Source: Candidatus Saccharimonadota bacterium
Lineage (GTDB): Bacteria; Patescibacteriota; Saccharimonadia; Saccharimonadales; 2-12-FULL-41-12
Direction of reading: 5' to 3'
NCBI GenBank assembly: GCA_022842995.1
Contig: JALHOM010000007.1
Coordinates: 78-64,077, forward strand
DNA: 64,000 nucleotides
Shown: piece after piece, positions 1 to 8,780 of the stretch
How the letters are laid out: each line of letters begins with the position of its first letter
Position numbering within the stretch: the first letter of the stretch is position 1
Position numbers and translations under genes: made by a program
The notes under the pieces: model-generated
The model's input: only the letters and a program-made list of their open reading frames with translations
Told to the model about the DNA's origin: nothing
Databases searched by the model: none

Positions 1-279
1 TTGGTTAAAGAACTGCACATAAAGATTGCCAGATTCTCGTTCTAGGACAAATTTGTCACGTAGAGTCTGGGCTTTGTCAAAGACGTTGCCTTTGCTGAGG
101 TGATTGAGTATTCGCTCAAACTCCTTGTCGGTAAACGTCGTTTTATTATGTTTCTCTAGCTGATTTCTTAGGTTGGCAATTAAATCTGATTCGTCTTTTA
201 CGACAACTCGCTCATATTTCATGCCCTCGAGTTGCTCGATTAGGTTATTTTCTAATGTTTGTTCAGATTGCGTTGTCAT
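1..279 (-). CDS. hsdR: Type I restriction enzyme R subunit, N-terminal 93 codons (gene continues past window start)
   Basis: My reverse-complement translation from 279 down to 1 reads MTTQSEQTLENNLIEQLEGMKYERVVVKDESDLIANLRNQLEKHNKTTFTDKEFERILNHLSKGNVFDKAQTLRDKFVLERESGNLYVQFFNQ with no stop. This is a typical HsdR N-terminus. The ATG at 279-277 lies 1 nt after the stop of the upstream ATPase gene. The ORF is missing from the track because the window edge truncates it. Confidence 0.8.
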   Translation of the reverse strand, partial: MTTQSEQTLENNLIEQLEGMKYERVVVKDESDLIANLRNQLEKHNKTTFTDKEFERILNHLSKGNVFDKAQTLRDKFVLERESGNLYVQFFNQ

Positions 280-280
280 C

Positions 281-1555
281 TTAAGTTGTAAGCTCTCTAG
301 ACATATAAATTATTGATTTTTCAATATCTGACTCTGTTGGTTTTTTCCGGTAATGGCCGAGATCTTTCGCTCTTGAACCCTGCAGGCTCAACTCAGGATG
401 GTGTATGAAGTTCCTGATCCAAACAGGCAGAGTCTCTTCTGTTCCCCAGCTGGGTTTACCGTAGTCTTTTGCGTTAGGGTTACTTGACCGGTTTTGTTTC
501 TTCTCAGTAGTTCTTTTATGGATTTTGTTGTTAAAGTCGTCCACACTTTTGGCTCCCATTTTACAAAAAAGTTTATCGTATAGTTCTATGTGAAGTTCCA
601 TACTGAGAACGCCAAAAACTTTCCATGATAAGTAATTCCAAGACACAAGGCTCGGATTAATTTTATCTTTAAGATCTTCTACGGTGCATGAATCATTTAT
701 GTTACTAAATCGATAAATTTTTGCGGCAATACCGACAGACTTTTGCATCATGTAAGGGCTATGGGTTGAGAAGATTATTTGTTTGCTTGTAGACAGCTCA
801 TTTAATAGCGCATTTAGTCTGATTTGTGCTTGTGGATGCAGGAATGCCTCAGGCTCATCAATGATAATAATGTTATAACTATCAGCTAAAGCAAGGACTA
901 TTCGAAAGAGACTTAACATCCCACTTCCCAATGAAGTATCGATCTCGATATATTTATTTCCTACTTTATAGCCTATCCTGTCTCCCGATCCAGGAGAATG
1001 CGAAGATATGCTCCAGTCGCGAAATTCGGGTATAATCTGCTTGAAGTAGCCATCCATTTTTTGTTTTTTCTTAGGGTCTCTTGCGAGTATTGTAGCTAGT
1101 CTTCTTGCCAGATTACTATCAATTGCAGTCCTGCTATTATCTTGGTTGCCGACATATGCGTCGTGGCCAAAGTTGTCGTCCGTAAAATTTGATGTCCATT
1201 GCCTTGTTTCTTTTACGATTTCAATGTCGTTGTATGAGAAGCTTTCCGATACAAAGTTTACTCTTGAATTATTCTGGCTTTTGTTAATTCTGCATTTGCC
1301 TCGCTCGCTCTGAATCTCTATATAGACTTCGCCGGTACCCGTTGATTCAACATCATAAAAGCGGGAATCCGGCTTTAATTTACCGAACGCATTAATTATT
1401 GTAGATTTGCCAGAGTTGTTTTCTCCAATCAATATTGTAAGACCTGACCCAGGGTTATTGGCTTGCGGGATCCCAAAAGTGATCCCTTGCCCATCGTTAA
1501 GAGACTCAAAAATTTTATAGTTTTGTATTTTTATGCATTCGAGAAAATCGCTCAT
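281..1555 (-). CDS. ABC/AAA-type ATPase with non-ATPase C-terminal region carrying an RNxxxH (HEPN-like) motif; restriction-linked, PrrC/RloC-like candidate
   Basis: 424 aa. Motifs: Walker A GENNSGKST, signature-like LGSGMLSLF, Walker B IIIIDEPEAFLHP, H-loop FSTHSP, and WIRNFIHHPE in the C-terminal region. The start overlaps the hsdS stop (ATGA), and the stop lies 1 nt before the hsdR ATG. Confidence 0.8.
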   Translation of the reverse strand: MSDFLECIKIQNYKIFESLNDGQGITFGIPQANNPGSGLTILIGENNSGKSTIINAFGKLKPDSRFYDVESTGTGEVYIEIQSERGKCRINKSQNNSRVNFVSESFSYNDIEIVKETRQWTSNFTDDNFGHDAYVGNQDNSRTAIDSNLARRLATILARDPKKKQKMDGYFKQIIPEFRDWSISSHSPGSGDRIGYKVGNKYIEIDTSLGSGMLSLFRIVLALADSYNIIIIDEPEAFLHPQAQIRLNALLNELSTSKQIIFSTHSPYMMQKSVGIAAKIYRFSNINDSCTVEDLKDKINPSLVSWNYLSWKVFGVLSMELHIELYDKLFCKMGAKSVDDFNNKIHKRTTEKKQNRSSNPNAKDYGKPSWGTEETLPVWIRNFIHHPELSLQGSRAKDLGHYRKKPTESDIEKSIIYMSRELTT

Positions 1556-2799
1556 ATGAACATTTGCTGGAGGAGGGCTTTTTTGAATATTTTGGCCTGT
1601 CCCAGCTTCCTTTCTTGCTCGTCTATTTTTTCATCAATACTACTTAAAAAATCTGCAATTTTCTCTTGCTCATCAGTGCAGGGCAACGGAAGGGCTAGTT
1701 GTTTGATTATCGCTCCTGATAAGTTTCCCTGACCTCCTTGAAGATAAGTTGAAGTTATTCTTTGCTTTGAAAATTTTAACCATTGATAAAGATAGTAAGT
1801 ATCCTGTTGGCATCTGATACAGAGAACTGCTTGATTTATTGCACCGCTTATTTTTGCGATAGCGACTTCACCGCTAGTTGCACCGTAAAGTGCATACAAT
1901 AAGTCGCCTTGTTCAATTAATTTTGAGGAGGAATTTTTCAATGCCAGCTCTGTGATCGTAGTCGAAATGCGTTCTGACCCAATGTCGCCAGAGCCAATAA
2001 ACGGAATCGACCCATTATAAAAACTTGTATTTGTGCTTGTTGGGGTGCCGCCAGAAAAACTTGAAGATATTTTGCCAAGTTCAGTATAGGTCCAATCGGA
2101 GAATTGTGAGCCGTCGGGTTTTTTGAATCTTAGTTCCGGGTTCGTTTGGTTGTCGCGCGGAAAAAGTTTTTGCATCAGGCCTTTTTTGTATTTTTTACTG
2201 AGCTCGAGTTTTTTCTCCAAAAGCTCAATCAACTCATCGAGCTTAACCAAAAATTCTGCAACATCCCTTTGTTCTCTGATAGTGGGGAGTAATATAGTTA
2301 GTTTCCGTAGGTCGGAATTATAGACGTTACTTATGCTTGAACCACGAGCGAGGGTTGAAATTTTTTTTCTTAGAACGCTGTTAATGTAATAAGAAACATA
2401 AACTGGATCATATAGGTTAGGCTTTTTTGGTCTTAAAATGTTAATTGTCCGACCTATAGCGACATTTTCTAGGACCAATGCAGATGCTGCTCCGATATCT
2501 CTAGGGTCTTCGCCGGCAGATGGCAACAATATCTCGGTTCCTTGACTGAATATCAAATCTTCGTTAGGGATGTTGGTTCGGTTTTGTATTTCCTTAATCA
2601 CCTCTCCATACATATGATAAAGCTCGCCATATCTCACGCATGGCGTTCGGAAGTGTGGTGAAGCCTCATTTTGCTTGATATTTTTTCCATTCGAAAAATT
2701 AAATATTTCAACAAATTTTGTTTTTGTAAGTGAAGGTGCTGAATTAAGGTATTTTGAGAAGCGTAGTTTCGGGACTTTTTTGTTCGTTGTGGTGGGCAT
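1552..2799 (-). CDS. hsdS: Type I R-M specificity subunit
   Basis: 415 aa with two-fold architecture. Two target-recognition halves are each followed by a conserved helical spacer: LLPTIREQRDVAEFLVKLDELIELLEKKLELSKKYKKGLMQKLF and LPLPCTDEQEKIADFLSSIDEKIDEQERKLGQAKIFKKALLQQMF. The gene lies between hsdM and hsdR. Confidence 0.9.
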   Translation of the reverse strand: MPTTTNKKVPKLRFSKYLNSAPSLTKTKFVEIFNFSNGKNIKQNEASPHFRTPCVRYGELYHMYGEVIKEIQNRTNIPNEDLIFSQGTEILLPSAGEDPRDIGAASALVLENVAIGRTINILRPKKPNLYDPVYVSYYINSVLRKKISTLARGSSISNVYNSDLRKLTILLPTIREQRDVAEFLVKLDELIELLEKKLELSKKYKKGLMQKLFPRDNQTNPELRFKKPDGSQFSDWTYTELGKISSSFSGGTPTSTNTSFYNGSIPFIGSGDIGSERISTTITELALKNSSSKLIEQGDLLYALYGATSGEVAIAKISGAINQAVLCIRCQQDTYYLYQWLKFSKQRITSTYLQGGQGNLSGAIIKQLALPLPCTDEQEKIADFLSSIDEKIDEQERKLGQAKIFKKALLQQMFI

Positions 2800-3761
2800 T
2801 ATTTCTCTACTCCGAGCAGTAGCAATATTAAGCCAATCATCTTGTCTTTTTGCTTTGGATCGCTCTCGGCAACGAGCAGGGTTATTGCGGTGAGTGCCTG
2901 GGGGCTGATTTCGGCAGTATTAAGTAAGCCAACTTCTTTCAAAAACCAGACAAAGGCAAATGCTCCGGAGCGTTTATTGCCGTCGTTAAATACATGGTTT
3001 TTAACCACAAAATACAGCAAGTGAGCCGCTTTTTCTTCGAGTGTCGGGTATACGTCTTCGCCCGCAAAGGACTGAAAGACGTTACCGAAGAGGGCTTGCA
3101 GGCCGTCCTTGTGTTTGGGTTGGGCAAAGAGTTCTGTAGCCTCGTTATTGTTTATAAGCTGACGGCGTAAGTCTTGTATTGCAGCTTCTAAGTCGTGCGC
3201 CCCAAGCTCAACGGCGCGTTTAATGCCGCCAGAGCTTGGTAGGTCGGCTTTGTCGTAGGCATCGAGTGAAAACCAGGTGCGGGCAAACTGTGCCGCTAGG
3301 TCAACTGCTTCTGAGCTCCCTACAGTCGGAACATCACTGGCTAGCAGTTTCATGTCGTCTAGTGCTTTTAAGAACTGGCTTTTATTATGTTCGATCCGGC
3401 TTGGGTTAATGGCGTAGCCGTCTGCGATGTAAGCCTTAAGTGTTTTTGTTGCCCACTTCCTAAACTTAATCGCAACCGACGAATTTGTCCGATAGCCTAC
3501 AGCAAGTATCATGTCGAGCGAATACAGTGAGACGGGACGGTCTGATTTAGCAATGTGCGTTTTCCGCACATTGCTTTTTGTATCTATTTCACCGTCTTTG
3601 AGAACATTATTTATGTGTCGCGTAATACGAGAGCGGTCGACTTGAAATAACTCTGCCATTTGAGCTTGAGTTGCCCAGATAGTCTCGGCAGACGCGTCAA
3701 TTTTTAAATCGATCGCGCCGTTTTTGTTCTGAAATATGGCTAATTTATCTTCATCATTCAT
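2799..3761 (-). CDS. RhuM-like N-terminal domain fused to Fic/DOC domain protein
   Basis: 320 aa. The N-terminal part (WATQAQMAELFQVDRSRITRHINNV...ILAVGYRTNS) is RhuM-like. The C-terminal part carries the Fic/Doc core HVFNDGNKRSGAF (HxFxDGNKR). Its stop overlaps the hsdS start by 1 nt. Confidence 0.8.
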   Translation of the reverse strand: MNDEDKLAIFQNKNGAIDLKIDASAETIWATQAQMAELFQVDRSRITRHINNVLKDGEIDTKSNVRKTHIAKSDRPVSLYSLDMILAVGYRTNSSVAIKFRKWATKTLKAYIADGYAINPSRIEHNKSQFLKALDDMKLLASDVPTVGSSEAVDLAAQFARTWFSLDAYDKADLPSSGGIKRAVELGAHDLEAAIQDLRRQLINNNEATELFAQPKHKDGLQALFGNVFQSFAGEDVYPTLEEKAAHLLYFVVKNHVFNDGNKRSGAFAFVWFLKEVGLLNTAEISPQALTAITLLVAESDPKQKDKMIGLILLLLGVEK

Positions 3762-3763
3762 GA

Positions 3764-5320
3764 CTAAAACGGGCTTTCTATCCCCAGTTCATCGGTGTAT
3801 TGTTTGATCTTCTTACTTAGCTCTGCTGATCGTAGGTCAATCTTTTTCATTTCGGCCACGACCTCGTCGAGGTCTATAGGTTCTTCTTCTTCAAAAGTGT
3901 CTACGTAGCGCGGGATATTGAGGTTGTAGTCGTTTTCTTTGACCTCGGCTAGTTTGGCGACGTAGCTGTACTTATCTTCTGCTTTTCGTTGTTCGTAGGT
4001 TTCGATAATTTTGTCTATGTCACTGCTGCGCAGGCGGTTTTGGTTTTTTCCTTTTTCAAAATGTTTTGAGGCGTCGATGAATAAAATATCTTCAGGGTTC
4101 GTGCGACACTTTTTAAATACCAAAATACACGCCGGTATGCTGGTTCCAAAGAACAGATTAGCCGGAAGGCCAATAACTGTGTCGAGATAGTTCTTTTCTC
4201 TGATCAAAAACTCACGAATGTGCCCTTCTGCTGCCCCGCGGAACAAAACGCCGTGCGGCATAACGACAGCCATAGTGCCGTTTTCATCTAGTTGGTAGAT
4301 CATATGTTGGATAAAGGCATAATCTGCTTTGCTGGCCGGAGCAAGTTTGCCGTACTGGCTAAAGCGGTCGTCCTGCAAATGAAGCGGGTTGGCGGACCAT
4401 TGCGCACTAAACGGTGGATTTGCTACCACTGCTTCAAATCTGAATTCGGCGTGTTGCGGGCGTTCTAGGGTATCTTCTTGTTTGATGTTAAATCTGTCAA
4501 AGCGTACATCGTGCAAGATCATGTTCATTCGAGCCAAGTTGTAGGTTGTGTTGTTGAGCTCCTGGCCATAATAATGTCCAACTTCGACGTGACGGCCGAT
4601 TCTGAGCAGTAATGACCCTGAACCACAGGCGGGGTCATAAATGTTTTTGAGCTTCTTTTTGCCCGTAGTCACGATCTTGGCCAGAATTTCTGATATTTCT
4701 TGTGGAGTATAAAATTCACCGGCTTTTTTGCCTGCTCCGGCGGCAAACTGGCTTATGAGGTATTCGTAGGCATCGCCCAAGATGTCGACCTTAGAATCTT
4801 CGAGTCTGAAGTCGATTTTATCAAGATGTATCAAGACCTTGGCAATTAGTTTGCCACGTTCTGCTACCGTGCGGCCAAGCTGGTTTCTGTTGAGGTCAAG
4901 TTCGCTAAAGAGTTTTTCAAAATCTTCTTCGCTATCGGCGCCCATGGTGCTGTGTTCTATGCTGTTCAGAATGCGCTCCAGGATCTCTATCAGGTCATCT
5001 GGGTTGGTGCTGCCTTGCAGGGCAACATGATGAAAAAGCTCATCTGGGCGCAAGAAATAACCAAGGTTGTCCACCGCTTGTTCTTTGATGGCGAGGACGT
5101 ATTCTTCTTGCTTATCATTAGCGTCATTCAGGCTAGAGTAGTCAATATTGTCTGATCTGAGGAGTTTGTTAGCGAACAGCTCCATTTTTTCCGAGAGGTA
5201 TTTGTAGAAAATAAAACCGAGAATATAGTCCCTGAATTCATCGGCATTCATCTTGCCGCGGAGTTCGTTGGCAATATTCCAAAGCTGTCTTTGCAGTTCT
5301 TTCTTTTGGTCCTCGCTCAT
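3764..5320 (-). CDS. hsdM: Type I R-M N6-adenine DNA methyltransferase subunit
   Basis: 518 aa. It has the AdoMet motif IYDPACGSGSLLL, the catalytic motif VVANPPFS, and the typical N-terminal HsdM helical domain (LWNIANELRG). Confidence 0.95.
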   Translation of the reverse strand: MSEDQKKELQRQLWNIANELRGKMNADEFRDYILGFIFYKYLSEKMELFANKLLRSDNIDYSSLNDANDKQEEYVLAIKEQAVDNLGYFLRPDELFHHVALQGSTNPDDLIEILERILNSIEHSTMGADSEEDFEKLFSELDLNRNQLGRTVAERGKLIAKVLIHLDKIDFRLEDSKVDILGDAYEYLISQFAAGAGKKAGEFYTPQEISEILAKIVTTGKKKLKNIYDPACGSGSLLLRIGRHVEVGHYYGQELNNTTYNLARMNMILHDVRFDRFNIKQEDTLERPQHAEFRFEAVVANPPFSAQWSANPLHLQDDRFSQYGKLAPASKADYAFIQHMIYQLDENGTMAVVMPHGVLFRGAAEGHIREFLIREKNYLDTVIGLPANLFFGTSIPACILVFKKCRTNPEDILFIDASKHFEKGKNQNRLRSSDIDKIIETYEQRKAEDKYSYVAKLAEVKENDYNLNIPRYVDTFEEEEPIDLDEVVAEMKKIDLRSAELSKKIKQYTDELGIESPF

Positions 5321-5534
5321 GTGCTTGTAGCCTCTTTTGTATCCTTAAGGATAATTATAGCCTAGATGAGTTAAAGACACGTGAAGTAATACTGAATTAG
5401 AGAGGCCGGACAGCGCACATCCGCAACTGTCCTCGAAACGAGTTTCTGTGGGCAGCCTTGATGACCGTACCGACAACCTAATTCAAAGCGAAGCTTTGAA
5501 TGGTTGCCTTGATTCGGGTCCGGCTTCAAAACAA

Positions 5535-5569
5535 AGAAAAAACCAGCCCGAAATGGACTGGTCTTTTCT
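5535..5569. terminator. Bidirectional rho-independent terminator downstream of tRNA-Asn
   Basis: Stem CCAGCCC (5543-5549) pairs with GGACTGG (5555-5561), including one G-U pair. An A6 run lies on the left (U6 for minus-strand transcripts) and TCTTTTCTT on the right (U-rich for plus-strand transcripts). Confidence 0.6.
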
Positions 5570-5644
5570 TGGCTCCGGAGGCCGGACTCGAACCGGCAAC
5601 CTCGAAGTTAACAGCTTCTTGCTCCACCATTGAGCTACTCCGGA
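5570..5644 (-). tRNA. tRNA-Asn (anticodon GTT), CCA encoded
   Basis: The reverse complement reads TCCGGAG TA GCTC AATGGTG GAGC A AGAAG CTGTTAA CTTCG AGGTT GCCGG TTCGAGT CCGGC CTCCGGA G CCA. This folds as a full cloverleaf with anticodon loop CT-GTT-AA. Confidence 0.9.
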
Positions 5645-5888
5645 TCAACTATGAGACAAACCAAGGTTTTTCTCATCGACCAGTCGGCAAAGACGAGTTG
5701 AATAAATTCAACCAAGCTGGTCTGCTCTTTTCCGAAATCTCGGGAAAATTACCTACGTATTCTAAACTGATACGTCCAGAGTTGTAAATAGTTTCCAGTA
5801 AGATTTTACAGATTAGATTAACTCAAACGAGCATATAAATTGAAACGAGCGTATAATTTGAATAAATCATTCAACGTTTGGAGGGGTT

Positions 5889-6647
5889 ATGAGCGAGAAG
5901 AAATCCATGCAAAAGGTCAGTCTGCAGGTTGATCTGAGGTACGTAGTTGTAGCGTTAGTAGTAGCCTTGGCGGTCTGTATTTTCTTGTGGAAGCCGTGGC
6001 AAGGCGCGGACACAGCGCGGACTATTGAGGCTAAGGGTAGCGCGACCATAAAAGCGGAGCCAGATGAGTATCAATTTAGCCCCAGCTATCAAGAAAAAGG
6101 CACCGATCGAGCCGCGATTCAGAAGACACTAACCGACAAGATAAACACCATTGTTGCCGAGCTCAAGAAGTTGGGCGTGGCTGAAAACAAAATAGTGGTA
6201 GCGTCCACCACATACGACAATTATTGGAATGACGGCTCTGGCGAGATTACCTCAAATTCGATTACTATTACCGTTGACAATAAAGACCTGGCGCAGAAAA
6301 TCCAAGATTATCTCGCTACGACAGCTCCCGAGGGCCAAGTAACTCCCTTCCCGGCGTTCTCTGAGTCCAAGCGTAAAGAGCTAGAGGCCCAAGCCCGCGA
6401 AAAAGCTGTCGCCGACGCTAAGAAAAACGCTCAAGCAATGGCAGCCCAACTCGACGAAGATCTCGGAAAAGTGGTGACTATTGTCGACGACGACCAAGGT
6501 GGCGTTTGGCCGATGATGATGAAGGGCGGCGCCGCACTCGATGTGTCTGCCTCTTCAGAAGAGTCAAGAACCGTCGCTTCCCTACCTGTCACTCCCGGCG
6601 AGCAAGAAATCGTCTATAACGTAAAAGTGAAGTACCAAATTAAATAA
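5889..6647 (+). CDS. SIMPL/DUF541-like secreted or membrane-anchored protein
   Basis: 252 aa with an N-terminal TM/signal segment (VVALVVALAVCIFLW), the family-typical layout, and the C-terminal end PGEQEIVYNVKVKYQIK. A GGAGG RBS precedes the ATG. Confidence 0.6.
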   Translation: MSEKKSMQKVSLQVDLRYVVVALVVALAVCIFLWKPWQGADTARTIEAKGSATIKAEPDEYQFSPSYQEKGTDRAAIQKTLTDKINTIVAELKKLGVAENKIVVASTTYDNYWNDGSGEITSNSITITVDNKDLAQKIQDYLATTAPEGQVTPFPAFSESKRKELEAQAREKAVADAKKNAQAMAAQLDEDLGKVVTIVDDDQGGVWPMMMKGGAALDVSASSEESRTVASLPVTPGEQEIVYNVKVKYQIK

Positions 6648-6692
6648 CCTCCTTTTGACAAATGCGCTAGTAGTTGCGTATATTTATGATAA

Positions 6693-8780
6693 ATGACAGC
6701 ACACAACCCTCTAGATGATAGGGAGAGCGAAGCTCGGTTTGAGAGCCAACTAGATGCTATTGCCAGCTGTCTAGATGATGAAATCAGAGGTATCGCTTAC
6801 GCATTAGAAATTTGCAAAGCATCTGTTGGCGTGCCGGAGGCTCCTGATTCAGAAAACAAACCTGACCCGATTTACGCGGGAAGGTTCGGTACTTTGATTT
6901 TGGCAGTGGCTCGGGACCCGTCTGCGGTAAAGTTTACTCTACCGCGGCTTGAGGAAGAGCACATCAGCCTCCTTCATCCGGCAGAGGTTTCTCGTCTCGG
7001 GGAGGTTGCCATAGGCCTTATGAACAAGCCGGAGTTGCATGGTGATCCCCAAAAAGGGATTATTTCTTGGCTTGTAAACGCGGTGCTAAATAGTAGCCCT
7101 TCTATTCTAACTATCCAGAGTCTTCATGGCGCAGCAAAGGAAAGCGGATTAACCGAAATAGAGGATTTGTTAGATATTGCCAAGAGAGTGGTTGATGACA
7201 GCGAGTCCTTTATGCAAGCTGTTGAGCTGAAAGGCCCAGGTTATTTCGAAGAAAACCCGGAAGTAAGTACTGCGCCTGAAGTAGCCCCCGAGCGGCCGGC
7301 TTCACTGGACTTGGATAGAACCGAAGAAGCCGAAGCGCACCCTCACATGGAGTTGCTTGAGGAATTCGAAAAACTATATATAGATTACGAAGAGAGCAAG
7401 TCGGTAGAACTGCTCATAGCTGATATAGAGGATAGTGTCGTTATCTTGACCGAAATCATTGACCTATCGTGTTCTCATTTCGACCCGTTACATCCAGAAT
7501 ATATAGACCCCGAAATCGCACGGCTCGCGACAAAAATCGTCGATGAAATTTATCACGAGCTTGCAGCCGTAAGTTCGGTGCCGGATCGCTTTCAACGGCC
7601 GATGGATAGAATAATTCAGGCTAAACTCAGGCAGATAACTTCACTTCAAGATCCAGAGAAATTTTGTAGACAATTATCGGAATTTTTCAAAGATCTACCC
7701 CAGCACTATAACTTACGAGATATTGAGCAGATAGATTGTTATATGTCATTTATGGAAAAACGGTTTGCTGCCTCCGCGGTCGAACATGCTAAGCGCCTGC
7801 TCGTAAAGCATAAAGTGGATACGCCGCGACTACTGAATCGGGTTGAATTTGCTAATTTGGATTTTATTTCTGGTCAAGGATATGTTGAGTTCGATGATTT
7901 TGCTAGTTTTTCTCGGGGCATGAAGTCGGTGTTCGACTTTGAAGTTCCGACTGCAGATAACATTGACTTTGGGTCCGAATACGAAATTATTCAGAAAAAC
8001 GTCGGCGTTCTAATCGAGGACTTGCAAGGCTTGTCTGATGTCGAGGAACCAAGTAGTGACGATAAAACCGTCTACACTGCAGATATTTCAGTGCCGTTTC
8101 CAGATGATCTAGCGGGCGTGCGCGTTGAATTCGTCGGGGGTAAATTCAAAGTTGCAATAACAAACCTTTTTGATTACCGAATATTAGCAGCATTGTCGAA
8201 TAATGGCGGTGGTGAAATCCAGTTTTATGGACCTCCTTCAATTCAGTATTCGGCTGAAATGCCATCTTTTCCTGAAGTTCGTTGGCATATTGGCGAAACT
8301 GATCCCCTTGACGCCCATCTCGAACAGACTGATCGAGGCGTCGATGTGACGGCGGACATTGATGTTGCCCAATTTAATTTGGATAGAATGTTTGAACACT
8401 TCAAGGCAATCGGTTTGACGTGCGAAACAATGAAGGAAGAATTTTTGAATGCATTTCTCGTCGAAGAACCTAAGTTCCGAGCTGGCGACATAGATATTTT
8501 GATCTCAAAAAATAGTTGGCAGAAAGTCGGCGACATTTTACGTACTTCGGCTACTGCAAAATATACACGTGGAGAAAAAGGTATCTTGCATAGGCTTGAA
8601 GTATCGTTACCTCAAATTACCTTATCCTTTGTAAGGCCGTCAGAGCAAAGCGTACAATTAGTGGCCGCTCTGAAAGCTCTTCAAGAGAATTTGGCGATGG
8701 TTGATCACTATCGAGGCGAACTTCGTGTCAGGGGTAATACCGTCGACTATATCTCAGGCCGGTTAGATTACCCTAGGTAG
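6693..8780 (+). CDS. Large acidic hypothetical protein (no recognisable domain)
   Basis: A 695-aa uninterrupted ORF rich in D/E, with no TM segment or signal peptide. I recognise no motif in it. Confidence 0.6.
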   Translation: MTAHNPLDDRESEARFESQLDAIASCLDDEIRGIAYALEICKASVGVPEAPDSENKPDPIYAGRFGTLILAVARDPSAVKFTLPRLEEEHISLLHPAEVSRLGEVAIGLMNKPELHGDPQKGIISWLVNAVLNSSPSILTIQSLHGAAKESGLTEIEDLLDIAKRVVDDSESFMQAVELKGPGYFEENPEVSTAPEVAPERPASLDLDRTEEAEAHPHMELLEEFEKLYIDYEESKSVELLIADIEDSVVILTEIIDLSCSHFDPLHPEYIDPEIARLATKIVDEIYHELAAVSSVPDRFQRPMDRIIQAKLRQITSLQDPEKFCRQLSEFFKDLPQHYNLRDIEQIDCYMSFMEKRFAASAVEHAKRLLVKHKVDTPRLLNRVEFANLDFISGQGYVEFDDFASFSRGMKSVFDFEVPTADNIDFGSEYEIIQKNVGVLIEDLQGLSDVEEPSSDDKTVYTADISVPFPDDLAGVRVEFVGGKFKVAITNLFDYRILAALSNNGGGEIQFYGPPSIQYSAEMPSFPEVRWHIGETDPLDAHLEQTDRGVDVTADIDVAQFNLDRMFEHFKAIGLTCETMKEEFLNAFLVEEPKFRAGDIDILISKNSWQKVGDILRTSATAKYTRGEKGILHRLEVSLPQITLSFVRPSEQSVQLVAALKALQENLAMVDHYRGELRVRGNTVDYISGRLDYPR

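Noticed and set aside
5401-5527. SRP (4.5S) RNA, suggested by CCGCAAC and GGCAGCC..ATGAC strings and a closing helix
   Set aside because: The conserved helix-8 core (GGUCC-GGAA-GGAAGCAGC with a GNAR tetraloop) cannot be built. The region folds as a branched structure rather than a single long hairpin. I kept it only as an unassigned candidate sRNA.
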